64,000 nt of DNA from a virus. Of this stretch, positions 34,756 to 45,113 are shown piece after piece. A model generated the notes under the pieces. That model saw nothing but the letters and a program-made list of their open reading frames with translations, did no database searches and was not told the DNA's origin. A program made the translations under genes and the position numbers. The stretch is taken from IMG/VR virus record IMGVR_UViG_3300017613_002395; one strand, written 5' to 3'. How positions within the stretch are numbered: position 1 is the stretch's first letter; every line of letters starts with the position of its first letter.

Positions 34756-35667
34756 ATGAATGATCCTAGTGAATGGCGGCTGTCCACACCGTGGAACAAC
34801 ATACCATTTCGGGTGGTTTCACGTCAGGGCGTCTTCTCGCCTGAAGAGGCGTCCGCAACTGAGCGGTATATCATTCCAGCCAACAGGCTGCTTGATTTTG
34901 TTCTTGAGGGATTCCCCCTGCCCCTGCAGTTTGGCAATTCGCTGATTTATCCCCAGCCCCACACCTTGCCTGGGCTGGGCACCATGAGACCAATGCGAAT
35001 CAAGTGGAAGGCCCAGGTGGATGGCAAGCCGGTAGATCCGTTTGGCTCTGATCCTGATGCCCCTGATGGCACTTACGGGGAAAATGTGATAGTAGATGTT
35101 GAATTCGCAACGTCACCGGAAAATGATGAGGAACAAGATCCCAATGACCCTTTCACATTTCTAGAAGCATCGATCAATGCATCTGGGGTGTTTCTGGCGG
35201 CACCAATAGGAAACACAGCTAAGTGGGTTGATCCCGATTCGGGTGATAAGGTAAATATCCAGCAGATGAACATACCTTACGCTGTGCCGGAATACATGGT
35301 TGAGTGGAGTGTGAAGTGGCCCCGGATTCCGTTTTCGTTCTGGTCTGATGAGATCATGGATCGTTTGCGGGACAAGCTGGGCCATGTGAACGACGACAGC
35401 ATGTCGTTCTTTCACGATGCACCTGCTAATACCGTTCTGTTTTTGGGATTTTCAGCTAATCAAAGCTTCACCTGGCGACCGGGCAAGTCGGGTCAGCCAC
35501 CGATGAATTTGAGCATGAGTTTTCAGGAGAAAAACTTCAAGGATAAGGATGGTGTTCAGGTCACCCACCAGCATTTTTACAAGCCCGGCATCGGTTGGCG
35601 GGAGCTTCTGATTGATGATGAGAACGTATACCCGTCTGCAGATCTGGGTGGCATTTGGGAAGCGTGA
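34756..35667 (+). CDS. distal tail / minor tail protein
   Basis: 303 aa, immediately after the tape measure gene. Call based on position only. Confidence 0.4.
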   Translation: MNDPSEWRLSTPWNNIPFRVVSRQGVFSPEEASATERYIIPANRLLDFVLEGFPLPLQFGNSLIYPQPHTLPGLGTMRPMRIKWKAQVDGKPVDPFGSDPDAPDGTYGENVIVDVEFATSPENDEEQDPNDPFTFLEASINASGVFLAAPIGNTAKWVDPDSGDKVNIQQMNIPYAVPEYMVEWSVKWPRIPFSFWSDEIMDRLRDKLGHVNDDSMSFFHDAPANTVLFLGFSANQSFTWRPGKSGQPPMNLSMSFQEKNFKDKDGVQVTHQHFYKPGIGWRELLIDDENVYPSADLGGIWEA

Positions 35668-37388
35668 TGAGAGAGAAGATCCCACACAAACGAGCCGGCG
35701 ATAAGTTATCAGCCCGAGGCATGAACAATCGGGCTGATGTGCTAAATCGGTTGTCTGGCTTGAGTATGGGATCTTTTGCCAATCTGCACCATGGCCACTC
35801 AAGTATCTCAGTGTCGGGCATTCCGCCTGGGCATATTTACCCGATGGAGATTACGGATGTAGAGATTAATAGTTCGGATTCGACAGGATCTGGATTGTAC
35901 CTGGCCAGGATTCGGTGTTACGATCCTACGACCGATTCATGGGTTCTGTTGGGTGAAGCCGGGGAAGGTGGAGATGTTCTGGATGATGACTGGGAATTAG
36001 ATTCTCGGGCACTGGGGGATAGGAGTGGCCTTGAGACGGGTGATTTGGTGGCGTGTTTCTGGGATGGCCAACGGGAGATGTTCATCCCCATCCTTGCCGA
36101 CTTTGGCCCGCCTCTGATTGATGTCTCTGCCAGGGAAACTACTATTCAGGGCGTCTCTACTGGCACTGCTGCTATCTGGTTTGCGCTTGAGTTGACGTTA
36201 GATAATGGAAACACCTGGCACATCGTCAACGACCGTACTTATAAGATAAACACAGAGAAGGACTTTGAGGAGTTTGACACCACGGCTGAATGCTCGGCTT
36301 CCGGTTGTGGCATTTACACGTTCCGAGTGCGGAATGATGATAATAACAATCCAAGCATGGTGCGGGTGGTTGTTAGTAACCACATGCTAGATTGTTTTGA
36401 GATAACAGATTGTCGGGTTGGGCTGAGAATGGAGGCGAAGGATCGGGGCGGCATTGCCCATACACAGGGCCGGTTTATGCCCTCTGCTGAAAGTACAATC
36501 ATCGGAACGTCAGCGGGTTGGGATTACGAGGCTAAGATCAACAATGGAGATGGCGGCAAAGTCAAATTCCAATGCAATGATGACTATGGCGAATACATAG
36601 AAATCATCACACCCGACAAGACTGACTGGTGTACGATTGAAGCCGAATTGGTTGTGGTGGCCAGTTATGTCGAGTCCGAATCATCGTCGTCCATTTCAAC
36701 ATCATCCCAGGGCGAATCCTCCATCTCAACATCGTCGCCCTCGTCTATGAGTAGTGCATCCAGTGCATCCAGTGCGTCCAGTGCATCGTCGACTTCTTCA
36801 ACATCGTTGACTTCAGCGTCTTCCATTTCCACGTCTTCCATTTCCACATCCAGCTCTTCCATCTCAACATCCAGCTCGTCCATTTCAACATCGTCCATTT
36901 CCACTTCGAGCAGTGGTGATTGTGTTGATAAAACTTATGGACCCGATACCAATTTGGGGAGTTGGGTCTCCCAGGGCGAGTTTTGCCATGGACCAGCCGG
37001 CTGTTCCGGCAGCATAAGTGGTGGTGTTGCTCGACTAGATACAGTTGATGCAGGCGATTATTCGTTCAGCAAGACATTGGCCGGGCTGCAGGCCGATCGA
37101 TCTTACTACGTGCGTATATCGGCAAAAACTGATGAGGAGGCTGATGCCCCACAAAACTCATTAACAGCATCGATTACAGATGCAGAGTCCACTGTGCTGT
37201 CAATTTCAGTGGATCAGACAGCAGATGGTCCAATGACGCTGCCTACGGTGAAGACGGCAGAGGGCTGGCTCAAAACGGATAACCTTGGCAATTTCACTCT
37301 GCAGGGATCGGCCAATGCTGCTGAGGATTCTCTTGCCAGTCAGCATTGCTTAGTGTACAAAATTGAGGCGTTTTGTGAACAACAGTAG
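35667..37388 (+). CDS. tail tip/fibre-like protein with internal Ser-rich tract and C-terminal CBM-like domain
   Basis: 573 aa. Its ATG overlaps the previous stop. The Ser tract separates two beta-rich domains. Confidence 0.5.
   Translation: MREKIPHKRAGDKLSARGMNNRADVLNRLSGLSMGSFANLHHGHSSISVSGIPPGHIYPMEITDVEINSSDSTGSGLYLARIRCYDPTTDSWVLLGEAGEGGDVLDDDWELDSRALGDRSGLETGDLVACFWDGQREMFIPILADFGPPLIDVSARETTIQGVSTGTAAIWFALELTLDNGNTWHIVNDRTYKINTEKDFEEFDTTAECSASGCGIYTFRVRNDDNNNPSMVRVVVSNHMLDCFEITDCRVGLRMEAKDRGGIAHTQGRFMPSAESTIIGTSAGWDYEAKINNGDGGKVKFQCNDDYGEYIEIITPDKTDWCTIEAELVVVASYVESESSSSISTSSQGESSISTSSPSSMSSASSASSASSASSTSSTSLTSASSISTSSISTSSSSISTSSSSISTSSISTSSSGDCVDKTYGPDTNLGSWVSQGEFCHGPAGCSGSISGGVARLDTVDAGDYSFSKTLAGLQADRSYYVRISAKTDEEADAPQNSLTASITDAESTVLSISVDQTADGPMTLPTVKTAEGWLKTDNLGNFTLQGSANAAEDSLASQHCLVYKIEAFCEQQ
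36672..36914 (+). repeat. Ser-rich tract S4
   Basis: SSSSISTSS...SSISTSSISTSSSSISTSS. Same peptide motif as S1-S3, but different codons (tccatttcaaca). Confidence 0.9.
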
Positions 37389-37407
37389 ATGAAGGGGAAC
37401 ACTTCTA

Positions 37408-38496
37408 ATGGATTGTGTTTATCTCGGATCAAACATATCTGGCACTATTCACAAATGCCTGTTGTACGAGACCTGTGATGTGGAAAAAACAACCCCTGAC
37501 CATGCTTCCTGTGTGGCGTGCCAAGACAAGTTGGGTATTGATGACAAAGACTTTGCAGCCAAGTGGGTTGATCCCCTTGAGGTTTGTGATCGATCAAAAC
37601 TGAAGACCGATAGCCTGCGGAATGTGCTGGTTGGTGGGGACGCGTTTTTGGTTTGTGGTGGCCCTTCCATCAACGATATGCCCCTCCATCTATTGAAGCA
37701 GCGGGGCGTGTGGATCATGGCTGTGAACAATGTAGCAGCCCATCATAGAATCAGGCCACAAGCATTTGTGTGTTCTGATCCCCCCATGAAGTTCTCAAAT
37801 ACTATCTGGGATGATCCTGGTGTCATGAAGTTCGTCCCCACACCCAAGATGTCGGGCCGGCGAGCCAAGTTGCGTCGGAAGATTGGTAAGGTGTTCAAGG
37901 AATCCGACCGTCGTGTTTGTGATTGCCCCAATGTTTGGGGATTCAAGCGGGAGTCATATCTGGTGCCGAATGACGAATTCTTCATGGCTGCAGGGGCTAT
38001 GTGGGGCAATCAGGATGCAGGTGTGGATCGGACGCATGAGAAGAAAACCGTCTGTACTTTCCTGTTGGGGTTGCGGTTGTTGTATTATATGGGTGCAAGA
38101 AGAATCTTTTTGTTGGGGGTGGATTTTCGGATGACCCCAAATTATGGATATGGGTTTGGGCAAAAGAGAACGCCTGGAGCTTCGACTTCCAACAACAGAC
38201 ATTTCGTCGTGGTGAACGATTGGCTTTGTCGATTACAGCAAGGAGGCACATTTGATCGGTTTGGTTTGGAGATATTCAACTGCTTTGAGCGGAGCAGTTT
38301 AAGGGCATTTCCCTATGTGCCCCTCGGCTTTGCTGTGGAGGGTGCTTGCAACCGTGTTGAGCAAAGGCCCGATTTAGAGGGCTGGTACGAAAAGGCAAAT
38401 TGCCCTGAGTGCAATTCATGGAACGTGAGATTTGGGGATGAATGTGAATGCTTGAAGTGCCATCACAAATGGAACCCATACGATACTGACGATTAA
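37408..38496 (+). CDS. Maf/DUF115 (MptE-like) family glycosyltransferase candidate with C-terminal zinc ribbon
   Basis: GGDAFLVCGGPSINDMPLHLLKQRGVWIMAVNNVAAHHRIRPQAFVCSDP matches the DUF115 signature. C-terminal CPECNS...CLKCHH. Confidence 0.5.
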   Translation: MDCVYLGSNISGTIHKCLLYETCDVEKTTPDHASCVACQDKLGIDDKDFAAKWVDPLEVCDRSKLKTDSLRNVLVGGDAFLVCGGPSINDMPLHLLKQRGVWIMAVNNVAAHHRIRPQAFVCSDPPMKFSNTIWDDPGVMKFVPTPKMSGRRAKLRRKIGKVFKESDRRVCDCPNVWGFKRESYLVPNDEFFMAAGAMWGNQDAGVDRTHEKKTVCTFLLGLRLLYYMGARRIFLLGVDFRMTPNYGYGFGQKRTPGASTSNNRHFVVVNDWLCRLQQGGTFDRFGLEIFNCFERSSLRAFPYVPLGFAVEGACNRVEQRPDLEGWYEKANCPECNSWNVRFGDECECLKCHHKWNPYDTDD

Positions 38497-38505
38497 GGAG
38501 ATGTC

Positions 38506-38922
38506 ATGTCGTTTCACCCGTACTGGGAGGACAAATGCTGGGGGCGTGTTCATCATGTGTTTGCCTCCCGCCATGCAGCCGTCAGTCATTTGAAGCTCGA
38601 CGAGGGGTTTCGGTGCAGTATGCATCGTCACGATGAACGAGCTAATCAATTCTGTGTACATGAGGGAGCTGTTGTAATTGAGGTGTGGGATTCCGTTACT
38701 GCTGCGAAGACGATGCACCTGCTCCATCCTGGCGACGTGTTTGTGGTTCCCAGTGGGATTTGGCATCGATTCCGTGTGCTTCAAAATGGCACGATGACGG
38801 AGGTCTATTGGCCCGACCAGGGAGGAGTCGTTCGCATCGCAGATATTGAGCGTGAGGATAATGGTGGGGAGGACAATCTCCAAGAATTGAAGCAAGAGCT
38901 GTCCGATGTTGGTTTGCTTTGA
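38506..38922 (+). CDS. cupin-domain protein (sugar isomerase/epimerase-like)
   Basis: WGRVHHV...LKLDEGFRCSMHRHDERANQFCVHEGAVVIEVWD...PGDVFVVPSGIWHRF. Confidence 0.55.
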   Translation: MSFHPYWEDKCWGRVHHVFASRHAAVSHLKLDEGFRCSMHRHDERANQFCVHEGAVVIEVWDSVTAAKTMHLLHPGDVFVVPSGIWHRFRVLQNGTMTEVYWPDQGGVVRIADIEREDNGGEDNLQELKQELSDVGLL

Positions 38923-38930
38923 GGAGAACA

Positions 38931-39740
38931 ATGGGCATACCTGATTACACGTTGGTCTGTGGCGTTGATGCTTATCATCTGCGGCAGTTGCTGTGGGTGA
39001 TTGCTACCTGGAAAAAGCACAAACCGAGCATGCTGGAAAGGCCTGCTATTGTCTTTTTTGACAGGGATGATTTGGAGTGCCGGGAAGTCAGTCGCCTGCT
39101 CAGACCTTATATGTCTGATTTGTTGTGCGTAGCTTGGCCATTAGATGGTGTGACTTATTCGGGAGGAAACGATAAATGGACAAACCCGCAGCGGTATAAG
39201 ATGCTTGCTGGTTTTGTCCATGTGGCTGCTTCGTTGGTGAGCACCAAGTATTGGCTCAAGATGGATACCGATGTGGTGGCAAAAGACCGCGATGATTGGA
39301 TAGACCCCAATTGGTTCGTCGATGATCCAGCAATCGTTTCGCACCGCTGGACTTTTACGAGACCGGCCAACCAACTAGAAGTACTGGACCAGTGGGTCGA
39401 GGACAACAAGAAGCATCTGCCAGAGTTTGATGGGCACCCACCCCTCGATATGCATCCCAAGCCTGGTGCAGATCGGATTGGGCACAGGAGAATTATTTCT
39501 TGGTGTGCGTTCTTCCGTCAGGATTACACGGCAGAGTGCGCTGCTATGGCAAATCGTGTTTGTGGCTGTGCTCAGCTTCCGGTCCCCAGCCAGGATGGCT
39601 ATATGTGGTATGTTGCTAAGCGGAGGCGGGAGGACATCCGCCTGACCAACATGAAGAGTCGGGGATGGCAGCAGTGGCACACCAACAAGAATATTCGCAA
39701 GTCTGTACTTGAATCGTTAGGAGAACCTGCTGATGGCTAG
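38931..39740 (+). CDS. GT-A-type glycosyltransferase candidate
   Basis: ATG after GAGGAGAACA. DxD-like KYWLKMDTDVVAKD. Confidence 0.35.
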   Translation: MGIPDYTLVCGVDAYHLRQLLWVIATWKKHKPSMLERPAIVFFDRDDLECREVSRLLRPYMSDLLCVAWPLDGVTYSGGNDKWTNPQRYKMLAGFVHVAASLVSTKYWLKMDTDVVAKDRDDWIDPNWFVDDPAIVSHRWTFTRPANQLEVLDQWVEDNKKHLPEFDGHPPLDMHPKPGADRIGHRRIISWCAFFRQDYTAECAAMANRVCGCAQLPVPSQDGYMWYVAKRRREDIRLTNMKSRGWQQWHTNKNIRKSVLESLGEPADG

Positions 39741-40458
39741 TCTATTGCTGAGAAGGAGCGGTGTGGCCGTTGGGCAAATAGCTGAGAGGCTCAATAATTG
39801 GCAAGCCGATCTGATGGTGCAAGTGGGTGTTGGCCTGCATCACGAAGAGATGGAGGTATTGAAGCACGAGTGGCCCGACATGCTCGTCCATGGTTTTGAG
39901 GCACACCCGGATATTGCTAAGTCAGTCCGCAAAACATATCCGGGCACCATTCATTCTGTTGCATTGAGAGATTCCGTAGGAAGTGCCCCCTTGTTTGTCA
40001 AACGCAGGCACAAGGATGGATCGTCCCTGTTTCCGCATCACATCCGAGGCGACGAGAAGTACCGCAGTTTCATGGTGGATTGCTCAACTCTGGATAGTTA
40101 CCAGCAAGAGGTCTACTACGATTACGATCCATTGCCCAAGCGGGTGCTGCTTTGGTTGGATTGTGAGGGCAGTGAACTGAATGTTTTGCGGGGTGGCTGG
40201 AATTTCTTATCCCATGTGGATGTGGTTAATGTTGAGATGACCGCAAAGCCACCAGGGGATGGGTGGTGTGATCCTGTCGAGGTTCACGATTTGTTGAGGA
40301 AGCGTGGGTTTTGGTTGCAGTGGATACATACACAACGAAATGTCAACGGGCAGTCTGATCTGGTCTACGTGCAAAGCCAGTTGTTCAACCCCGACTATTG
40401 TTGTTGCCCTGTGTCGATAAAGGAGTGGAGAAGGTCAACATGTCCGGAACCCAAGTAA
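39733..40458 (+). CDS. FkbM-family methyltransferase
   Basis: VQVGVGLHHEEMEVL...HGFEAHPD...LLWLDCEGSELNVLRGG. Confidence 0.55.
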   Translation: MASLLLRRSGVAVGQIAERLNNWQADLMVQVGVGLHHEEMEVLKHEWPDMLVHGFEAHPDIAKSVRKTYPGTIHSVALRDSVGSAPLFVKRRHKDGSSLFPHHIRGDEKYRSFMVDCSTLDSYQQEVYYDYDPLPKRVLLWLDCEGSELNVLRGGWNFLSHVDVVNVEMTAKPPGDGWCDPVEVHDLLRKRGFWLQWIHTQRNVNGQSDLVYVQSQLFNPDYCCCPVSIKEWRRSTCPEPK

Positions 40459-41333
40459 CATATCTGATTTCTGGTCCAGCCCATCTGCCTTATCTTGTAT
40501 GCTCACTGCACACATTGAGGCAGCACTATTTTGGCAATGTAGAGGTCTTTTCCTGGCCTGAATCAGTCCAATACGTGGAGAGGATTGCTAAAGACCCCAG
40601 ATTGGGTGTTGTTTGCCATGAGAGAGAACCCGTCTTGCGAAAAAGAGATGGAGTTGGGGGTAACAGCCAATTCATTGACAAGATCCGGACGACGATGGGA
40701 TTGGCCGGCAGTATTGGGAAAGATGGCGTGTCGCTTTATCTCGATGCTGACACGACAATTCATGGCAATTTAATGCCGCTGATCAATACGGCATCCAACC
40801 GGGGATTTGTGGCAACACAGTGGAACGATTGGAGCACGGCCGGCTGCAAAGTGAGACGTCGCATCAAGGCATTGCTCGATGTGGAAGGGGTGCCATCCTT
40901 TGAGGTTGCCAGTGCTCTGTCGTATGCGTGGCCTAGTGTGAATGGGGGAGTGTGGGCAGCAAAGCCAGGCTCCCCTGTGCTGCCCCTATGGCTGGAGTGG
41001 ACGCTGGCGTGTGGCTCGATGTTTATCTCTGATGAGCGTGTGCTTCATTTGATGGCCCCTCATTTCCCAGAAGATGTCGGGATTATTGGATCAAATGGAA
41101 TCTACAATTCCAGTCCCATCTACAGATCGAAATTGATCGATGACGACGACGTGGTTGTCTGGCATTACCACGGGGACTGCAACGTGAGGCCGAAAAAGTC
41201 TATGAGGGCTGTTGAGCTGTGGTGGCCCATTTACCAAGAGTGCCTGGAGTCGAATGTTGGTGGATTGGCTGAATGGCGGGGCGAGATTCACAATCGCCAC
41301 CTTGATAAGCTGGAGAAAGAGTTGGCAGCATGA
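40440..41333 (+). CDS. GT8-like nucleotide-sugar glycosyltransferase
   Basis: VSLYLDADTTIHGNLMPL (DxD). Internal ATG of ORF 40398..41333. Confidence 0.5.
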   Translation: MSGTQVTYLISGPAHLPYLVCSLHTLRQHYFGNVEVFSWPESVQYVERIAKDPRLGVVCHEREPVLRKRDGVGGNSQFIDKIRTTMGLAGSIGKDGVSLYLDADTTIHGNLMPLINTASNRGFVATQWNDWSTAGCKVRRRIKALLDVEGVPSFEVASALSYAWPSVNGGVWAAKPGSPVLPLWLEWTLACGSMFISDERVLHLMAPHFPEDVGIIGSNGIYNSSPIYRSKLIDDDDVVVWHYHGDCNVRPKKSMRAVELWWPIYQECLESNVGGLAEWRGEIHNRHLDKLEKELAA

Positions 41334-42079
41334 AATACATTCGTGTGCTATACAACGAGTGTTTGGCCGAGGGGAGACCAAAACTACTCCGAGAAATCAA
41401 GCGGAATTTTCAGAGTCCCAAGACCAAAAGATGGCGGGGCTTCCATCAGCGTAGAATCCATTATTACACGATGGGCAGAGAAGCCACCAATCTGCTTCGT
41501 GATAATGGAGCACAGCACATCACCCAGGTCTGTGATGAGCCCATGTTGAAAAGATCAGGTGGGGTATTTTCCTGGAACAAACTATACCTGATCCGCGAGG
41601 CCGTGAGGGAGCATGGGGAAGTCATCTACACAGACCTTGATATCTTGCCAAGACCCGGATTTGATCCCGATAGGTTGTGGGATGAGGTTCGGTCCCATCC
41701 AGGGATGGGGCGGGTTCTTCAGATGCCCATCATCTCATACAGGAGACACAGTGGGTATTTTTGGTTTCGCCCCCGCCTGGGTAGTGGATGGGATGCTGTG
41801 ACCCCCTGTGTTGGGTTCTATGGCTGCTTCATCTATGTGACGAGTGAGAAGCTGCTGGATTGCTTCTTCGATGATTACGAGGAAATGATGGATCGTTTCA
41901 ATGGGAGAAGAACGGGGGACGAGCAGCTCATCACCTACAGCTTAGATAAGCGGTTCGGTCCTTTGACCATTCGTCAGATGCACGAGAACTTCAGCCCGAC
42001 GTGTGTATCGCCCAGATACTCGTTTTTGAGACGGAATGCAAACATGGACACATCAAAGTTTGTATTGAGGCACAAATGA
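41330..42079 (+). CDS. glycosyltransferase candidate (DxD)
   Basis: GEVIYTDLDILPRPGF. ATGA junctions on both sides. Confidence 0.35.
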   Translation: MKYIRVLYNECLAEGRPKLLREIKRNFQSPKTKRWRGFHQRRIHYYTMGREATNLLRDNGAQHITQVCDEPMLKRSGGVFSWNKLYLIREAVREHGEVIYTDLDILPRPGFDPDRLWDEVRSHPGMGRVLQMPIISYRRHSGYFWFRPRLGSGWDAVTPCVGFYGCFIYVTSEKLLDCFFDDYEEMMDRFNGRRTGDEQLITYSLDKRFGPLTIRQMHENFSPTCVSPRYSFLRRNANMDTSKFVLRHK

Positions 42080-42759
42080 GCAAAAAAGAACGGATCAAAC
42101 CTTGGGCATGCGATTATCACCGTGGCAAAATAGACGGATCATTTCGGTGCAAGTACTTCGAGATTGGTTTGGGTCGGTCAGGTACTCGAAGTGTTTTTCG
42201 GGCTGTCAAGTTGTTGGGCTTGTCAGCTATGCATGGTACTGGGGGGTGTTTGCAGTGTCTTGACGATTTGGTTTTCAAGATGAAGGTGGACTGTTGGGAC
42301 CTTGATATATACCGAGGCTACGAGTATTCAGGCCACGTTGCATCGGTCCATTGGCAGCAGTTGGCAGAGGCTCGTCCCGATGCAAAATTCATCTTGCCAA
42401 CAAGGGAATTATCTGGTTGGAGCCGTTCTGCCAGAAAGCATCTTCGGACTGTGAGATCTCTTCCACAACGAGCCGAGTTGCTTCACACCAAGCTGTACGG
42501 ATCTCCCTATCCGAAGAAGGTCGATCTGATTGATGGCTACAATCGGCACATCCAGACTGCAATAAAGGAGTTGACACCAACGGGGCGTCTACTTGTGCTA
42601 GATGTATTTTCAATGTCCGATGATTATCTGTGGGGAGAGCTTGCTGGTTTTGTGGGCAGAAAAGCACCACAAGGGGGAACCAAGTTTCCGTGGAAGCAGA
42701 CGGTGGTGAGGGTATATCAACCGAAGAATAGGGTACAGCAGGAGCGTGGACATGAGTAA
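42076..42759 (+). CDS. sulfotransferase (Sulfotransfer_4-like)
   Basis: FEIGLGRSGTRSVFRAVKLLGLSAMHG is a PAPS 5'-phosphosulfate-binding loop context. Confidence 0.55.
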   Translation: MSKKERIKPWACDYHRGKIDGSFRCKYFEIGLGRSGTRSVFRAVKLLGLSAMHGTGGCLQCLDDLVFKMKVDCWDLDIYRGYEYSGHVASVHWQQLAEARPDAKFILPTRELSGWSRSARKHLRTVRSLPQRAELLHTKLYGSPYPKKVDLIDGYNRHIQTAIKELTPTGRLLVLDVFSMSDDYLWGELAGFVGRKAPQGGTKFPWKQTVVRVYQPKNRVQQERGHE

Positions 42760-43315
42760 GGCCATAGGTGGCTTCGACGCCGAAACTGTGAGCAGGCGAG
42801 TGAAAAAGAGGAAAATAAACAAATCTCTTTTGGTTGCTCTAATCAAAACGATTCCCAGTAATGAAACCATCATTGATATGGGGGCTGGGGTAGGTACTTG
42901 TCAGGACGCACTAACGGCTCTTGGATACACGGTCAAATCGGTTGATGGTGGGGAAAACATAGAGGAATTGACTGGTGGCAAAGTGGAGTGGGCGGATCTC
43001 ACCCGTGACTGCAGTCATCTGTACGGCAAATGGGATTGGGGGCTTTTCATTGATGTGGGTGAGCACATACCAGCCGAGTTGGAAGGAAGGCTGTTTGCGG
43101 AAATCTGCCAGATTCCGAAGAAGGGCTTGATCGTATCATGGGGATCACCAGGTCAGCGGGGCAATGGTCATGTCAATTGCAAGACCACCGTCTACATAGC
43201 AAATATGTTTGCTCGTTTTGGATGGGATATTGATGATCTGCTGTCAAAGCGGATTCAGTCCAGGGCCGGCTCCTTTTTCAAACGACGCATCATGGTTTTA
43301 AGGCGTGTTTCATGA
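42752..43315 (+). CDS. class I SAM-dependent methyltransferase
   Basis: Motif I IIDMGAGVGTCQDAL. Confidence 0.6.
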   Translation: MSKAIGGFDAETVSRRVKKRKINKSLLVALIKTIPSNETIIDMGAGVGTCQDALTALGYTVKSVDGGENIEELTGGKVEWADLTRDCSHLYGKWDWGLFIDVGEHIPAELEGRLFAEICQIPKKGLIVSWGSPGQRGNGHVNCKTTVYIANMFARFGWDIDDLLSKRIQSRAGSFFKRRIMVLRRVS

Positions 43316-43974
43316 GTATTGATTTTGATAATCCAAGACAGGTGATTTTTATACACATTCCCCGAACGGCTGGGACATCTATTGAGTTGTGGTTCCAATG
43401 CCACTATCCAACCACACAAAGGTCGGGCCCTCGCAGGTGGAAAAGGGATAGTGCATTCACTACCACACGACACATGTCAACAGTTTCCCTGCTGCGAAGC
43501 AAATGCATCACGAGGGAATGGTGGGACAGCAGTTTCAAGTTTGCTATAGTCCGTAATCCATGGGATAGACTTGTTTCTCTGTACGAGTACCTTCGTGGTT
43601 TCCGGTTGCGGCGTGCAAATAGAAGATCAAACAAGGTGTTACATCGGTTTAAGGACTTCGCAAGCAATATATCGTCTGGGAGTTCCAGTTTTGTAAAACC
43701 TCTGGGGCTTCGGAATGTGCGTGTGTTTTCCCAGGTGCAGCCTCAAGTTGAATGGCTTCGGGAGGAACTGGATTTTATCGGTCGGTATGAGCAGTTGGAT
43801 AAAAGCTGGGATAAAGTACTGGAGCAAATCGGCTCTGTGCCTTGTCCAATACCACACAAGCACAACAACAAACGTCGCCGGAAAGATTACCGTACCTATT
43901 ACACGGATGATCTGGCTGAGAAGGTGGGTGAGTACTATTCGGAGGACATCGAGCGGTTTGGTTACAAATTCTGA
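43312..43974 (+). CDS. sulfotransferase family 2 (carbohydrate sulfotransferase-like)
   Basis: FIHIPRTAGTSI (5'-PSB), VRNPWDRLVSLYEY (3'-PB), and a C-terminal YYSEDIERFGYKF. Confidence 0.75.
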   Translation: MSIDFDNPRQVIFIHIPRTAGTSIELWFQCHYPTTQRSGPRRWKRDSAFTTTRHMSTVSLLRSKCITREWWDSSFKFAIVRNPWDRLVSLYEYLRGFRLRRANRRSNKVLHRFKDFASNISSGSSSFVKPLGLRNVRVFSQVQPQVEWLREELDFIGRYEQLDKSWDKVLEQIGSVPCPIPHKHNNKRRRKDYRTYYTDDLAEKVGEYYSEDIERFGYKF

Positions 43975-43982
43975 GGTGGAAC

Positions 43983-44534
43983 ATGCCCAATTACATACCC
44001 AAGCGACTGTTTAGAATCATTGATAGTGTTCTCGGGGACGATTTTGTTGTTGGTGCAGAGGTGGGTGTGGAGAGGGGACGAACTAGTCGACGGCTACTGT
44101 TGAGGTATCCGAAGCTGCACATGGTGCTTGTTGATTTGTGGGAGCAGGGTGATGGGGGAGGCACCACGAGCAAATCTAAGAAGCAGCTGATGGCTTGTCA
44201 TCAGGAAGCCCTGGACAACATGCGGGGATTCGAGCCCAGCCGTTGGTCCGTACTGCAGGGCGTGAGCTGGGAGATGGCAAACCAGATCAAGGACGGGTCG
44301 CTGGATTTGGTGTTTATCGATGCATCCCATACCTACGAAGATGTCACGAGGGATCTTCGTGCCTGGTACAATAAGGTCAGGAGTGGGGGTGTTGTGTCTG
44401 GGCATGATTATTTGGGTCGCTGGGAGCCCGTGCCTGGACTGGTCAAGAAGGCCGTTGATGAGTTTGCTGTTGAGTACGGCTATCAGGTGGAATACAAGCA
44501 TCGTGCAGACATTTGGTGGTTTCAGAAGCACTGA
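43983..44534 (+). CDS. class I SAM-dependent methyltransferase (Methyltransf_24/CmcI-like)
   Basis: VVGAEVGVERGRTS...LDLVFIDASHTYEDVTRDLRAWYNKVRSGGVVSGHDY. Confidence 0.6.
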   Translation: MPNYIPKRLFRIIDSVLGDDFVVGAEVGVERGRTSRRLLLRYPKLHMVLVDLWEQGDGGGTTSKSKKQLMACHQEALDNMRGFEPSRWSVLQGVSWEMANQIKDGSLDLVFIDASHTYEDVTRDLRAWYNKVRSGGVVSGHDYLGRWEPVPGLVKKAVDEFAVEYGYQVEYKHRADIWWFQKH

Positions 44535-44558
44535 TTGTTGGGGAACAGGAGAACAACA

Positions 44559-45101
44559 GTGATCGATTATGGTCATTTTCAATTTGCATGTCCCCCTTGT
44601 GTAGGAGGCCGCTGGTTCCAGGGGGTGATGGCAGATTATGCAGAGAGATTTCACTTCGGGTTCAATAGCCGGCGACAGGCTCGTCCCGTGTTCCCAGACC
44701 GAAAAGGCCCCAACACCTTGCGGGTCTCATTGGTTAGCCATCCCGTTGATTGGCTTCTGAGATACCATGCTGCTGCCTCGTCAGGATTGCCGTTTGATGA
44801 CGTTTTTGGTGAACCCGTTCCCAAGGAATTCAACACATTTGCCTGCGAGTTCCTTTTTGAAAAAGCAGGTAGAATTGGTCGGATGTTTGCTGAATACGAT
44901 GCCGATGTTGTGTGGCGGTTGGAAGATTTGCCCCATGCCCTGTTTGAATTTATGAGGACGTTGGGGATGGAGCCTCCCCCAAGAGTTGCTGACAGCCCAG
45001 GGTTTATTGAAGCTGCCTCACCTGCGTTGCACAACCATCAGACCCGACGCATGCTGATGAAAGCCGAAGAGGGGTTTTGTGAACGGTACGAGTACTATTG
45101 A
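44559..45101 (+). CDS. hypothetical protein (possibly a degenerate sulfotransferase)
   Basis: GTG after AGGAGAACAACA. LVSHPVDWLLRYH weakly resembles a 3'-PB motif. Confidence 0.25.
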   Translation: MIDYGHFQFACPPCVGGRWFQGVMADYAERFHFGFNSRRQARPVFPDRKGPNTLRVSLVSHPVDWLLRYHAAASSGLPFDDVFGEPVPKEFNTFACEFLFEKAGRIGRMFAEYDADVVWRLEDLPHALFEFMRTLGMEPPPRVADSPGFIEAASPALHNHQTRRMLMKAEEGFCERYEYY

Positions 45102-45113
45102 GGAGAACAAGTC